Assembly (NCBI GenBank): GCA_029259115.1
Contig: JAPDJO010000029.1
Location: 1 to 64,000, forward strand
Length of the DNA stretch: 64,000 bases
Direction of reading: 5' to 3'
Source of the DNA: Thermoplasmatota archaeon
GTDB lineage: Archaea; Thermoplasmatota; E2; DHVEG-1; B18-G2
The notes under the pieces: generated by a model
Seen by the model: only the letters and a program-made list of their open reading frames with translations
Database searches by the model: none
Told to the model about the DNA's origin: nothing
Made by a program: the position numbers and the translations under genes
In this document: positions 19,552 to 30,032 of the stretch, piece after piece
How the letters are laid out: every line of letters starts with the position of its first letter
How positions within the stretch are numbered: the first letter of the stretch is position 1

Positions 19552-20960
19552 AAGGTATATTTCTCCCCTTCTTTAACTATAACGATTTCTCCATCGAGGT
19601 TTTTGAATCCCTCTGGATTTTCAGTGTGTATTGGAAATATCTTCTTTGGTCTAATCTCCTTTATCATGTTAAGTATATCCTCTCCATATGCGTGTCCTGA
19701 GCAGTGGGCATGAACGTATCTCAAATTAAATAACTTTAACCATTCCATCATTCTTTCAAAGGATATCTCCATCTCCTCGTTGAAAGGTTCTGACAAAGAG
19801 TGAACATAGACTCCTTTCTCTGGCTTTAGATCTATTAGGGTATTGAAATACCAGTAGTTCAGAACCACAATATAATCCTCTGGATTTTTAGAAATCTCCT
19901 CAGCCGTTATGATGTTTGGATAGTTCAATCTTGACTTTATATAAGGCTCAGAGATGTAGTCATAGTCAGCATATGTACCGGTTCTCATTTTTGGTTTGAG
20001 TAAGAGGATACCTTCTCCTTTGCTATCCGGAACTTTCAACTTCCCATCTAAATGATATCTCTCAAGGAAGCAGGCATGCTTGAACGATATCACTAAGAAC
20101 TTGTCCAGTTCCCTTGATACCCTGTAGAATGTTCTAAATCTATCAACATCTTTGAAGTTAAAATCTACTACGCATAGACCTCTTGCATTTTTAAGTTCTT
20201 CTTTTGCCTTGACATATACCTTCTCTTCTGACTCTTCTCCTCTTTTTTCATTTATTCTTGTACCTTCCGTTATTATTGCTATAGGTCTCTCCTCTTTCGC
20301 TCTCTCTATAAAATCTCTGGTTAAACCTGGATTTGTCCCATGCATCCTTAAATCTCCGGTGTAGACTATTGGACCTTTTGATGTATAGATTATAAAACCG
20401 TAAGATCCAGGAACACTATGATCAACATGTATGGGCTCTATATCGACAGAGTCTATGGTTATATTATCTCCTGTTCTGAAGAGCTTGAATTTTCTCTTTA
20501 TAGGTTCTTCCCTTTTACCAGGAATAATTGGTCTTCTCTTGAAATCGACGACCTCATTCTCTATGTTTCTTTTACTCTGCTCATTAACGGCATCGAGTAT
20601 ATATTTGCAAGTTTCTCCACAGTAAATTGGTATATCTTTATGAAGAAATGATACGTAATTTGCATGATCCGCATGTGCATGTGATAGAATAACCGCAGAT
20701 ATCTCCGGGTCCTCTGGCTCTCTGCCCATATGAACCAACAGATCCTCTCTATATATCCCTCTTATGTCCGGTATAAGGTTTGTAGCAAGAAAATCACCTA
20801 ACCCATTTGCAGATCTTGGGGGAAGATATTCCTCAAAATATCTAGATCTTCTCGAAAAACTTACACCAAAATCCAAAAAGAATCTAGCATCTCCATCTTC
20901 CAGTAGTATCTTGTTGCCCCCAATCTCTTTAACCCCGCCATAGAAGATTAGATTGACCAT
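19548..20960 (-). CDS. beta-CASP / RNase J-like metallo-hydrolase
   Basis: GG..EIGGN, SHAHADH, DHS.PG, YTGD, H.SGH, PIHTE. Confidence 0.88.
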   Translation of the reverse strand: MVNLIFYGGVKEIGGNKILLEDGDARFFLDFGVSFSRRSRYFEEYLPPRSANGLGDFLATNLIPDIRGIYREDLLVHMGREPEDPEISAVILSHAHADHANYVSFLHKDIPIYCGETCKYILDAVNEQSKRNIENEVVDFKRRPIIPGKREEPIKRKFKLFRTGDNITIDSVDIEPIHVDHSVPGSYGFIIYTSKGPIVYTGDLRMHGTNPGLTRDFIERAKEERPIAIITEGTRINEKRGEESEEKVYVKAKEELKNARGLCVVDFNFKDVDRFRTFYRVSRELDKFLVISFKHACFLERYHLDGKLKVPDSKGEGILLLKPKMRTGTYADYDYISEPYIKSRLNYPNIITAEEISKNPEDYIVVLNYWYFNTLIDLKPEKGVYVHSLSEPFNEEMEISFERMMEWLKLFNLRYVHAHCSGHAYGEDILNMIKEIRPKKIFPIHTENPEGFKNLDGEIVIVKEGEKYTL

Positions 20961-20961
20961 C

Positions 20962-21330
20962 TTAGATCACTAGTTTGTATCCGCAGTTTGGACAGAATCT
21001 TGGATTACCAGTTATCTCTTTTCCACAGTTCGGGCATCTGTTTGGCGCTCGCCGTCTGGCTTCTTCTAGTTTGATTCTCATGTTGAAGGAATCTGCATCT
21101 CTGTAGCTGTCTATAGCTGATATACAGCCAACCAAGATATAAATTAGCGCGAAGATGAGAGGATGGACGTTTAAAATAAAGCATGTGACGAGATAGAAAA
21201 GCCAAAAGATCATCAAAATCACACCTATACCGATCTTGAGATTCGTAACACCAGCGTACATCTCTCCCAATCCCCACACTAAGAAGCTGTAAATTGCTGC
21301 GAGAAATCTATTCTTCCTAACTTGAGGCAT
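20962..21330 (-). CDS. Membrane protein with C-terminal zinc ribbon
   Basis: TM segments plus CPNCG..FCPNCG. Confidence 0.8.
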   Translation of the reverse strand: MPQVRKNRFLAAIYSFLVWGLGEMYAGVTNLKIGIGVILMIFWLFYLVTCFILNVHPLIFALIYILVGCISAIDSYRDADSFNMRIKLEEARRRAPNRCPNCGKEITGNPRFCPNCGYKLVI

Positions 21331-21383
21331 GAGGATAGAAATCCTTTGCCAACATTTAAAAATTTCATCCCGATGTTTGAAAG

Positions 21384-21806
21384 GTGCACGAGTGGGCCTT
21401 AGCTGAGGCAGTAGTGGAGAGTGTTCTGGAAGCGGTTAAAAAAGAGAGATTCACTTCTGTGAAGGAAGTTGATATTTCTCTCGGTGAACTCCAAGATATA
21501 GAGATAGAGATTTTTGAGTTCGCTCTAAAAAAATTGATGGAAAAGGAGAATATCTTCAGACATACAAAGATAAATCTAAGGGTGGAGAAAACACTTTTCA
21601 GATGTAGAGCATGTGGAAATGAGTGGAGTTTGAAAGAGACAAAAGATATCGACAAAGACGTAAGAGAAGCTATACACTTTCTTCCTGAGCTCTCCCATTC
21701 CTTTATAAGATGTCCAAAATGCGGAAGCCCAGACTTTGAGGTGGTGAAGGGAAGGGGTGTATCAATAGATTCGATACGCGGTGAGATAGATGGATCCGAG
21801 GACTAG
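21384..21806 (+). CDS. hypA: Hydrogenase nickel incorporation protein HypA
   Basis: MHEWALA, CRAC...CPKCGS, Thermococcales-type insertion. Confidence 0.93.
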   Translation: MHEWALAEAVVESVLEAVKKERFTSVKEVDISLGELQDIEIEIFEFALKKLMEKENIFRHTKINLRVEKTLFRCRACGNEWSLKETKDIDKDVREAIHFLPELSHSFIRCPKCGSPDFEVVKGRGVSIDSIRGEIDGSED

Positions 21807-22542
21807 TGTTATAGGTAAGAGATTGGAAAAGGTAAAAAGGATAATCGCTGTATCTGGAGGTAAGGGAGGAGTAGGAAAGAGTGTTATCTCTTCTCTCCTT
21901 GCTTTGGCTCTCTCCGAATCAGGAAAAAAAGTTGGTTTGTTAGATTTAGACCTTTCTTCACCATCAGATCATATTATACTGGGAGTGAAAAATTTATATC
22001 CTGAGGAGGAGTATGGGATTATCCCCCCAGAATTCCAAGGAATAAGGTTCATGTCGATAACATTATTTGCAAAAGATGAACCTACTCCTCTGAGGGGAGA
22101 TGACGTATCCAATGCTATAAGGGAATTATTATGTATAACAAGGTGGGAAGACTTGGATTTTTTGATTATAGACATGCCACCTGGCATAGGAGATGAGCTT
22201 TTCGAGGCTATTGAACTGTTAAAAAGATGTGAATTTATTTTAGTAACAATCCCATCAAGAGTAGCATTTGAAACTGTAAAGAAGCTCGCTCTCATCCTCA
22301 GGGAAATAAAATCTCCTATTATAGGTGTGATTGAAAACATGAAGAGAGGAGAAAACGATTTTATTCTTAAAGAGTGTGAAAGGCTTAATCTCGATTATCT
22401 TGGAAGCGTTAGGTTTGATGAAAAGTTGGAGGATGCAATAGGGGATAGCGAGAAAATTAAGGAATCTAAAGTTTTCGAGGATATACTTCGTATATCGAGA
22501 TTTCTTATGGAGGGACAAAGAGATTTATCTTGCTGTACTTGA
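21790..22542 (+). CDS. Mrp/MinD-family ATPase (ATPase-type HypB by context)
   Basis: GKGGVGKS, DMPPG, IENM; coupled to hypA. Confidence 0.85.
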   Translation: MDPRTSVIGKRLEKVKRIIAVSGGKGGVGKSVISSLLALALSESGKKVGLLDLDLSSPSDHIILGVKNLYPEEEYGIIPPEFQGIRFMSITLFAKDEPTPLRGDDVSNAIRELLCITRWEDLDFLIIDMPPGIGDELFEAIELLKRCEFILVTIPSRVAFETVKKLALILREIKSPIIGVIENMKRGENDFILKECERLNLDYLGSVRFDEKLEDAIGDSEKIKESKVFEDILRISRFLMEGQRDLSCCT

Positions 22543-22912
22543 CGCCTTTCAATGATTGTATCCTATCTGCGAAGCTTTTAATCTCTGAAGCTTTTCCCTC
22601 AACCACTAAAATCTCTAAACAGTTTTTCTCATCTAGGTGAATGTGCATTGTCGATCTTACTTTGGAGTGTTGAGAATGTTGAATGTGTAGCAGTCTATGA
22701 GTAATATCGCTGAAATCGTGATCGTATACTATGGATAGAACGCCAACAATCTTCTTTTCCGGTTGAGAGATTTCTTCCTCTACGAGCGCCTTCCTTATTA
22801 GGTCCCTGATAGCTTCAGATCGGTTTGAGTAACCTTTTTCCTTTATAATCTTATCAAATCTTTTTAGAAGATCGGGTTCCAAAGATACACCAAATCTAAC
22901 TACACTTGGCAT
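22505..22912 (-). CDS. nikR: Nickel-responsive regulator NikR
   Basis: RFGVSL...NRSEAIRDLIR; QH...HIH...CLE. Confidence 0.94.
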   Translation of the reverse strand: MPSVVRFGVSLEPDLLKRFDKIIKEKGYSNRSEAIRDLIRKALVEEEISQPEKKIVGVLSIVYDHDFSDITHRLLHIQHSQHSKVRSTMHIHLDEKNCLEILVVEGKASEIKSFADRIQSLKGVKYSKINLFVPP

Positions 22913-22955
22913 GGAATAATTGTATAGTTATGATACTCAAAACAGTTTTGGAAGA

Positions 22956-23663
22956 TTAGGTATGAACTTGAAATTCTGCAATGGTATCTCCTGTGGGCTC
23001 GTAGATGAGAGTAATTGTTATGTTCTCATCTAAGGGTTCATGTACAGTTATAGTATCTCCAGCTGTCACATATCCAGTTGCTCCAATATCAGACATTGGA
23101 ATTGGTTCTGTTCCGATCGTATAATGATCTCCATTATTGAAAGATACAACTACATTATCTCTATCTGCTCTGATGAGTATAGATTCCCATGAGAGATTCT
23201 GAGGTGCAGATGTTATAGTTATGTTCTTATCCATTACACTCCAGCTCATCTCTGGAATTTCGTGTCCCTCACGGAATATAACTACATTCACTCCGCATAC
23301 AAAGTGGGGTCTTATTATTCCATAGAATCTTTCCTTTATTATGTCATCATCGCAACGATCAAGAGAGAAATTTTGATTTCTTACTTTCGACCACATGACA
23401 AACCTGATTCTATTTTTACCTTCACTCTTTATAATTCCTATAAGAAGAATCCTCACCCTCACGGCTTTGAATGAATATGAGTCATCGGTTTTATTTAGAT
23501 CCCTTATTGTACCTACCAGGAACATTATTATTTTTAGATAGGATTCGTTATCGTTTTTGTAAAAATCGGTCACAGGATTCTTGGAGGTAGCACCTAGGGG
23601 GATGGAGGATAGTACAATTATTGCTGCCCAGATAGTAGCAAAGAAACGAACCATCTTATTCAT
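22956..23663 (-). CDS. Secreted hypothetical protein (C-terminal pilin-like domain)
   Basis: Signal peptide; N domain shared with the next gene; V.AGD.I...LIYEPT tail. Confidence 0.7.
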   Translation of the reverse strand: MNKMVRFFATIWAAIIVLSSIPLGATSKNPVTDFYKNDNESYLKIIMFLVGTIRDLNKTDDSYSFKAVRVRILLIGIIKSEGKNRIRFVMWSKVRNQNFSLDRCDDDIIKERFYGIIRPHFVCGVNVVIFREGHEIPEMSWSVMDKNITITSAPQNLSWESILIRADRDNVVVSFNNGDHYTIGTEPIPMSDIGATGYVTAGDTITVHEPLDENITITLIYEPTGDTIAEFQVHT

Positions 23664-23732
23664 AGAGTAAAATATATAAAATTTGGATATTTATAGTTTT
23701 TGAAAGAGGTTCTAATCTTTCTATAGGTAAAT

Positions 23733-24110
23733 TCAGATTCCTATCGTATCTATCTTCAACTTGTACATCCCAAGCACAAAGTGGTTAGTTAATATCCCTT
23801 TAAACTCTCCCTCTGTGAATAACCATTTTCCATCGATTATAGCGAATTGAAGATTCTTCATGTAAGATCTAGAAATTGTTTTTCCACCGTTAGCCTTTGT
23901 GATTGTTAGTGCAAAACCTCTGACTATGATAAAACGATAAACGCTCGTATTTCCATAACTGACAACATCTTTATCTTTTATCAATGCGAACAGTATATAT
24001 TTAGTCTCTATAGATTGTGTTTCAGCATTTACTGGTAAGCTTGAGATAGTCATAGAGAAAATTATCATTGCCATAAAGGTGCCTAACACAGATGTGCATC
24101 TTCTCTTCAT
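23733..24110 (-). CDS. Secreted hypothetical protein
   Basis: Signal peptide; F.GI...HFV.G motif shared with the adjacent gene. Confidence 0.7.
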   Translation of the reverse strand: MKRRCTSVLGTFMAMIIFSMTISSLPVNAETQSIETKYILFALIKDKDVVSYGNTSVYRFIIVRGFALTITKANGGKTISRSYMKNLQFAIIDGKWLFTEGEFKGILTNHFVLGMYKLKIDTIGI

Positions 24111-24223
24111 GAAAATGAATATAGAGGATATTATATAATAAATTTCCTATGATTAATTGTCGTAATCGAATCATTTAAAAAACAGAATGTGATATCAACC
24201 TTACCAAAAGGGAGGTGCATGAT

Positions 24224-25357
24224 ATGGTATTTGATCCTCAGGACAACATATTCATGCTTGCTGGGCCAGTAAAGATTCATCCAAGAGTATTAAAGGCGAT
24301 GAACACTCCTTCTATAGGTCATCGAAGTCCTGAATTTACAGAGGTAAACAAGGAGTTAAGGGAGTTGACCCAATATCTCTTTCAAACAAAGAATGATGTT
24401 GCTATCCTCTCTGGATCGGGAACCGCAGGCATGGACGCAGCAATGGCTAACCTTTTAGATAAAGGTGAAAAGGCTCTGACCATAAACAATGGTAAGTTTG
24501 GAGAAAGAATGGGACAACTTGCAAAGACATATGGAGAAAACATAGAGCTTAAATATCCTTGGGGATCACCACCTGATCTGGGGGAGATTGAAGAGATACT
24601 TTCTAAAGAGGATATTAAGGTTCTAGCATTCACTCATAATGAAACGAGCACAGGCTTAACAAACCCTCTTCCGGAAATAGCAAAGCTTGCTCACAAGTAT
24701 GGAGCTATCTTGGTTGTAGATGGAATAACAAGTGTTGGGGGTATAGATGTTCCAGTAGATAAGCTTGGAATAGATATATGCATAACAGGTTCCCAGAAAT
24801 GCATAGCGGCGCCAGCCGGTCTTGCCTTACTATCTGTATCAGAAAGAGCATTGGAGGCTATGCATGACAAAAAGACATACTACCTAGACTTGAAGAAGCA
24901 CGTCGAAAAGCTTAGAGATGGGCAAACTCCTTATACGCCAGCAGTGCACCTCCATCTTGCTCTACTAGAGGCTCTTAGGATACTGAAGGAAGAAGGCCTT
25001 GAGAATAGAATAAAGAGAACTGCTAGAATAGCCGAGGCATGCAGAGCTGCCGTAGATGCCCTTAATCTGGAATTGTTGCCGGATAAGAAGTACGCATCTA
25101 ATACTGTTACTGCAATAAAATATCCTGAAGGGATTTCAGATAAGGATATAAGAGGTAGACTTAAGAGTGAATATGGAATAGTGATAGCAGGTTCTCAGGC
25201 TCCACACAAGGGAGAGTTCTTCAGAATAGGTCACATGGGTTTAGTTCAATTCAGAGAATTACTAGCCACCATTGCGTGTCTGGAAGTTGTATTGGCAAAG
25301 GCAGGATGGAAATTCGAGAAGGGCGCAGGGGTTGCTGCTATAGAAGAATACATGTGA
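24224..25357 (+). CDS. Class V aminotransferase (alanine-glyoxylate/serine-pyruvate type)
   Basis: GPV, HRS.EF, SGT, HNETSTG, DGITS.GG, GSQKC, FRIGHMG; GGAGGTG RBS. Confidence 0.92.
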   Translation: MVFDPQDNIFMLAGPVKIHPRVLKAMNTPSIGHRSPEFTEVNKELRELTQYLFQTKNDVAILSGSGTAGMDAAMANLLDKGEKALTINNGKFGERMGQLAKTYGENIELKYPWGSPPDLGEIEEILSKEDIKVLAFTHNETSTGLTNPLPEIAKLAHKYGAILVVDGITSVGGIDVPVDKLGIDICITGSQKCIAAPAGLALLSVSERALEAMHDKKTYYLDLKKHVEKLRDGQTPYTPAVHLHLALLEALRILKEEGLENRIKRTARIAEACRAAVDALNLELLPDKKYASNTVTAIKYPEGISDKDIRGRLKSEYGIVIAGSQAPHKGEFFRIGHMGLVQFRELLATIACLEVVLAKAGWKFEKGAGVAAIEEYM

Positions 25358-25358
25358 T

Positions 25359-26042
25359 CTACGCTACCCTTCTCCTCTTTATAAATAAAATAGCATCCAG
25401 AAACGCTGCAAGTATACCAGTTATATAGATCATATCAAAAACGTTTGCACCACCTATTGATGCGATAATAGGTTTCTTTGAAGAGTATGATAGCAACTCT
25501 GGGAGATGGAGTATATCAGCTCCTATTAAGACACCTATCGTTCCAGATATATATGCGGTTGGCGCAGCCTTTCTATGATCATCTATATACAGTATAGCTG
25601 ACAAAGCACTGGCCATCATAGCTGGAACTAACCATTGCGGAAAAGGAGAGACTATCCCTCTACTGGGATCTGGATATGTTACATAATAAGCAAAGGTAGA
25701 AACTACAATCAATGATAACAGAATCTTTAGAGGAGATATCTTCTTTTTTACAGCCAGATATAGGGATATAATTATAGGTATAACGCCGCCGCCAATGTTT
25801 ATGCATATTATCCAGTTGTTATACGTGAAAAGATATAGGTTCGAGATATCGACGCCATTTACATATATTGGATGTCCAAAGATGAATGATATAACAAGTA
25901 TCGTCAATGCATCAAAAGCAGAGAACCCCATCTCTTTGAAGGCACGCGTGTATATAAGAAGGGCTACATAGATAATGGATGCGAGAAATACTATTGGAAT
26001 GATAAGTCTGAGTAGATAAATCGCAAATCCTATACTCATCAT
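25359..26042 (-). CDS. DUF1614 family membrane protein
   Basis: NIGGGVIP, G.LIGADILH, SIGGA.VFD.I. Confidence 0.85.
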   Translation of the reverse strand: MMSIGFAIYLLRLIIPIVFLASIIYVALLIYTRAFKEMGFSAFDALTILVISFIFGHPIYVNGVDISNLYLFTYNNWIICINIGGGVIPIIISLYLAVKKKISPLKILLSLIVVSTFAYYVTYPDPSRGIVSPFPQWLVPAMMASALSAILYIDDHRKAAPTAYISGTIGVLIGADILHLPELLSYSSKKPIIASIGGANVFDMIYITGILAAFLDAILFIKRRRVA

Positions 26043-26093
26043 CCTCTAGGATATGGATACCATTTATAAACCTTAGCCACATACATATCGAGC

Positions 26094-28811
26094 ATGGATC
26101 TAAGCAGATATCTCAATCTCAACTTCTTCAGAGAAAATGGATTCGAGAGAAAGAAATGTAAATCATGTGGTAGTTACTTTTGGACTCTAGATAGCAAGAA
26201 GGAACTCTGTGGAGACCAACCATGCGTAGATTTTTCGTTCATAGGAAATCCTGTTACTAAGAGAGGATACTCTTTGAGAGAGATGAGGGAGGAGTTTTTA
26301 TCATTTTTTGAGGATAAAGGTCATACAAGAATACGACCATATCCTGTTGTTGCAAGATGGAGAAAAGATATATATCTAACCATAGCAAGTATAGCTGATT
26401 TTCAACCTCATGTAACCTCTGGACAATCAAAACCCCCAGCCAATCCTCTTGTCATATCTCAACCGAGCATAAGACTGAATGATCTGGAAGAGGTTGGGGT
26501 ATCGGGAAAGCATCTAACCATTTTCGAGATGATGGGACACCATGCGTTTAATAGCAAAGACGAATACATCTATTGGACTGAAGAAACTGTAAGTTACTGT
26601 CACGAATTTTTAACCGAGAGATTGGGCATAGATGAAAAAACCATAACCTATAAAGAATCGATATGGGAGGGCGGCGGCAATGCTGGGCCTTGTCTAGAAG
26701 TGCTGGTTGGTGGGCTAGAAATAGCAACTCTGGTCTTCATGAATATGGCGGAAGATAAAAACGGAGAAGTGGAGATCGAAGGAAGTAGATACTCTGAAAT
26801 GGATATGAAAATAGTCGATACTGGCTATGGTTTAGAAAGATTAACATGGGTATCAAGAGGCACCGACACTATATATGATGTTCTATATCCTGAAATTGTT
26901 GAATACATTAAAAACCAAAGCTCTACAGATGAAAGACATCTGATTTACGCTTTGGCAGATCATACAAAATGTATAGCATTTATGCTAGGTGATGGCATAG
27001 TTCCATCAAATGTTAGAGCAGGATATCTAGCGAGATTGATGATAAGAAGATCTCTCAGATTCATGAGATCTCTGGGAATGAAAGATTCTCTGTATACTTT
27101 GGTTGAGATGCATATAAAAGATTTGAAAAAAGACTTTCCTCAACTCTACAGAGCTAGAAAGAGAATAGAAGAGATTCTTGAGATAGAAGAAGAGAAGTAC
27201 AATGAAACTATCTCGAGAGGAAGCAAACTCGTCGATAGGCTTATAAGGGAGAAAAAGAGGTTGGATGTTAACTCCCTCATACAGCTCTACGATGCTCATG
27301 GCATACATCCAGATATGGTTAGGAAAATAGCGGATGAAAAAGGAGTAAATGTAGAAATACCCAAAAATTTTGATTCAATCATAGCCGAACTCCATTCAAA
27401 GGAAGAGGAAAAGGAAGAGGAAATCATTGAGATTCCAATTGCTAAAGAAACTAGACCTCTCTACTATGAGGATGCTTATCTTAGAAGGTTTAAAGCGAAT
27501 GTAATATGGAGTGGTAAGATAAATGGTAGAAACGCTGTTATCTTGGATAAAACAGCTTTCTATCCAGAGGGTGGAGGACAACCCTCTGATATAGGAAAAC
27601 TTGCAGTTGATGGTAAAGAGGTAGAAGTAGAATACGTTGAGAAAATAGATGGAACCATAGTTCATTACACAAAGGAAGTTGTTGAGGAAGGAAAGGAAGT
27701 GGAGGGGATCATAGATTGGGAGAGGAGATATTCATTAATGAAACATCACACTGCTACGCATGTTATAAATAGTGCTTGTAGAAAAATACTCGGAGACCAC
27801 GTCTGGCAGGCTGGATCTCAGTTAGATGTGAATGAGGCGAGATTCGATTTTTCCCACTATAAGCCTTTGAGTGAAAGAGATATAAAGGAAATAGAAAGGG
27901 TTGCGAATGAGATAGTTAAAGAAGGTATAGATGTTGTAAAGGAGTTTCTCGAGAGGAGTGAAGCCGAGAGAAGATATGGAGTTATTTTGTATCAAGGAGG
28001 AGTTCCAGAGGGTAGAATTATCAGAGTAGTAAGAATACCAGGTGTTGATGTTGAAGCGTGTGGAGGTACACATTTAAACAATACCAGCGAGATAGGAAAG
28101 ATAAAAGTAGTAAGAGGAGAGAGAATCCAAGATGGTGTAAATAGATTGATTTTTGTTGCTGGAAAAGAAAAGGTTGAGGAGTTGGAAAGGAGAGAAAAGG
28201 AAAGGTTGAATAATATTCTCGAGAAGCTCAGAATCAAATTTGACATAAGAAGCGTAGAAAAAGATGTAAGCAAAGTTTTGCAAGAAATAGCGAAGATGTT
28301 CTCTGTCCCTTCAGATAAAATCGAAGATACCATAGACAAATTCTTGAGAGATATACCAAGAGAGAAAAGGATCGAGGCAAAGAATATCATTGACGCGTGT
28401 GACAGGCTGTTTAAAGAGTGGAAAAGATCAAGGAAAGAGAGAAAAAGGATACCAAGAGAGCTCATAGATAAAATATTATCTGATTTCTCTGAAGACTACA
28501 AAGATTACAGGCTGATATTTGTAGATAATACAGAAATCTTAAAGAACTATGATTCTCTAGCTGTAGCGGAGGAACTGGCAAAAAATGATAAAACCATAGT
28601 ATGCATAAGAGATGATAAAGGTCTTGTGTTTTCAGCGTCACAGGATGTTGATATAGATTTAAGGGGAATTGCAAGAGAGATTGGATCTATTCTCGGCGGA
28701 GGCGGTGGAGGAAAAGAGAAACTGGCAAGATGCGGAGGTAATAAACTAGAGAATATCGAAAAAGCAATGAAAGAGGCAAAAATGCTTATAGAATCTCAGC
28801 TTAGCGGATAG
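26094..28811 (+). CDS. alaS: Alanine--tRNA ligase
   Basis: ASIADFQP, DTGYGLER, editing domain HTATH...CGGTH, GGGGG C-Ala. Confidence 0.97.
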   Translation: MDLSRYLNLNFFRENGFERKKCKSCGSYFWTLDSKKELCGDQPCVDFSFIGNPVTKRGYSLREMREEFLSFFEDKGHTRIRPYPVVARWRKDIYLTIASIADFQPHVTSGQSKPPANPLVISQPSIRLNDLEEVGVSGKHLTIFEMMGHHAFNSKDEYIYWTEETVSYCHEFLTERLGIDEKTITYKESIWEGGGNAGPCLEVLVGGLEIATLVFMNMAEDKNGEVEIEGSRYSEMDMKIVDTGYGLERLTWVSRGTDTIYDVLYPEIVEYIKNQSSTDERHLIYALADHTKCIAFMLGDGIVPSNVRAGYLARLMIRRSLRFMRSLGMKDSLYTLVEMHIKDLKKDFPQLYRARKRIEEILEIEEEKYNETISRGSKLVDRLIREKKRLDVNSLIQLYDAHGIHPDMVRKIADEKGVNVEIPKNFDSIIAELHSKEEEKEEEIIEIPIAKETRPLYYEDAYLRRFKANVIWSGKINGRNAVILDKTAFYPEGGGQPSDIGKLAVDGKEVEVEYVEKIDGTIVHYTKEVVEEGKEVEGIIDWERRYSLMKHHTATHVINSACRKILGDHVWQAGSQLDVNEARFDFSHYKPLSERDIKEIERVANEIVKEGIDVVKEFLERSEAERRYGVILYQGGVPEGRIIRVVRIPGVDVEACGGTHLNNTSEIGKIKVVRGERIQDGVNRLIFVAGKEKVEELERREKERLNNILEKLRIKFDIRSVEKDVSKVLQEIAKMFSVPSDKIEDTIDKFLRDIPREKRIEAKNIIDACDRLFKEWKRSRKERKRIPRELIDKILSDFSEDYKDYRLIFVDNTEILKNYDSLAVAEELAKNDKTIVCIRDDKGLVFSASQDVDIDLRGIAREIGSILGGGGGGKEKLARCGGNKLENIEKAMKEAKMLIESQLSG

Positions 28812-28966
28812 AGAATCTCAGCAAGTATAACTGCTATCATTGTGCCAATAGCTATGGCAACGACGAACCACGGACTTATTTTCAAAGCTGTCTTCTCTTC
28901 TGCATCGAAGTATCTCACTAGACCTGCAGCAGAGTGAAAACCTACACCCTTTCTTCTTTTCGCCAT
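28796..28966 (-). CDS. secG: Preprotein translocase subunit Sec61-beta
   Basis: SAAGLVRYFD.E...KISP plus C-terminal TM. Confidence 0.92.
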   Translation of the reverse strand: MAKRRKGVGFHSAAGLVRYFDAEEKTALKISPWFVVAIAIGTMIAVILAEILYPLS

Positions 28967-29044
28967 ACAGAAAAAGTATAGAAAGCTGTCCATATTTATA
29001 ATTTTCTGAAGATGTGGAAGCGCGATATAAATCCTCTATGATCT

Positions 29045-29734
29045 TCATCTGGCTTTCTTCAATTCATAAATCACAATCCTTTCTAACTCTAAAATGTTCC
29101 TTTCAACGATTTTCTCAAAACGCCAGCCCTTTTCTCTGAATATCCTTTCGGTTTCGTTTATATTGCTCACGGTTGAATATGCTATCAGGATTTTTCCATC
29201 ATCTTTTAGATGATCGTGAGATTCATCAAGGAATCTTTTGAGTATATCTTTCCTGTGGTCACATATCGATAAGTCGAAAGCATCTCTTGGTTTGAGATTT
29301 AGATAAGGAATGTTGAAAATGATAAGGTCAAAAATCTTCTGTCTCTTCAGACAAGAGAAGAGATCAGAACATACAACTTCAATTTCAACATTATGGTTCT
29401 TTGCATTCATTTTTGCGCATTTTGTTGCGTCTCTATTTATATCAACAGCAATAACCCTAGCTCCTTTCTTTGCAGATTTTATTGCAAGAATCCCGCTTCC
29501 GGTTCCCATATCGAGAATCAGTTGATTTTGATATATGTCAATATGATCAAGAGCATCGATCATCAATTCGGATGAGTAGAAAAGTTTGGGATTGAACACG
29601 CTTTCAGAAACAATGTATTTTTCACCTCTGATATCGACTTCATTGTTCTTTTTCAGAAATTTCATCTGGAGAGACCTTATAATAAATCTTAAAATCATCG
29701 CTTGCAGCATTTTTAATATTCCAAACTCCATCAT
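29045..29734 (-). CDS. HemK2/PrmC-like SAM methyltransferase
   Basis: VFNP, LDMGTGSG, SDLF, FNIPY. Confidence 0.85.
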   Translation of the reverse strand: MMEFGILKMLQAMILRFIIRSLQMKFLKKNNEVDIRGEKYIVSESVFNPKLFYSSELMIDALDHIDIYQNQLILDMGTGSGILAIKSAKKGARVIAVDINRDATKCAKMNAKNHNVEIEVVCSDLFSCLKRQKIFDLIIFNIPYLNLKPRDAFDLSICDHRKDILKRFLDESHDHLKDDGKILIAYSTVSNINETERIFREKGWRFEKIVERNILELERIVIYELKKAR

Positions 29735-30032
29735 ACCTTCTCCACCAGATATGAGTTATTACCATCTTCTATCTACCAAGATGAAACTTCAACATTCATT
29801 CTTTAAAAAACCTTCTCAAGAACTTCTGAGTCGGAAATATTTTCCTGTAGAGTAAAAATTTCTTAAGATCGCAAACAGGAATATTCAAACCAACTCGGAA
29901 AATCGTGTAGTGGGGCTAATTTTTGCTATTGCGTTTATTCTTCCTTACAATCTGGCAGTATGCAACCTGATGGACGGAATCTGAAAATTTGACGTAGCAA
30001 ACTTAATTTACCACAATCCATCTCTCAAATAG

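Noticed and set aside
29735-30032. 300-nt intergenic gap with CTGA boxes as a C/D sRNA
   Set aside because: No convincing C box or terminal stem
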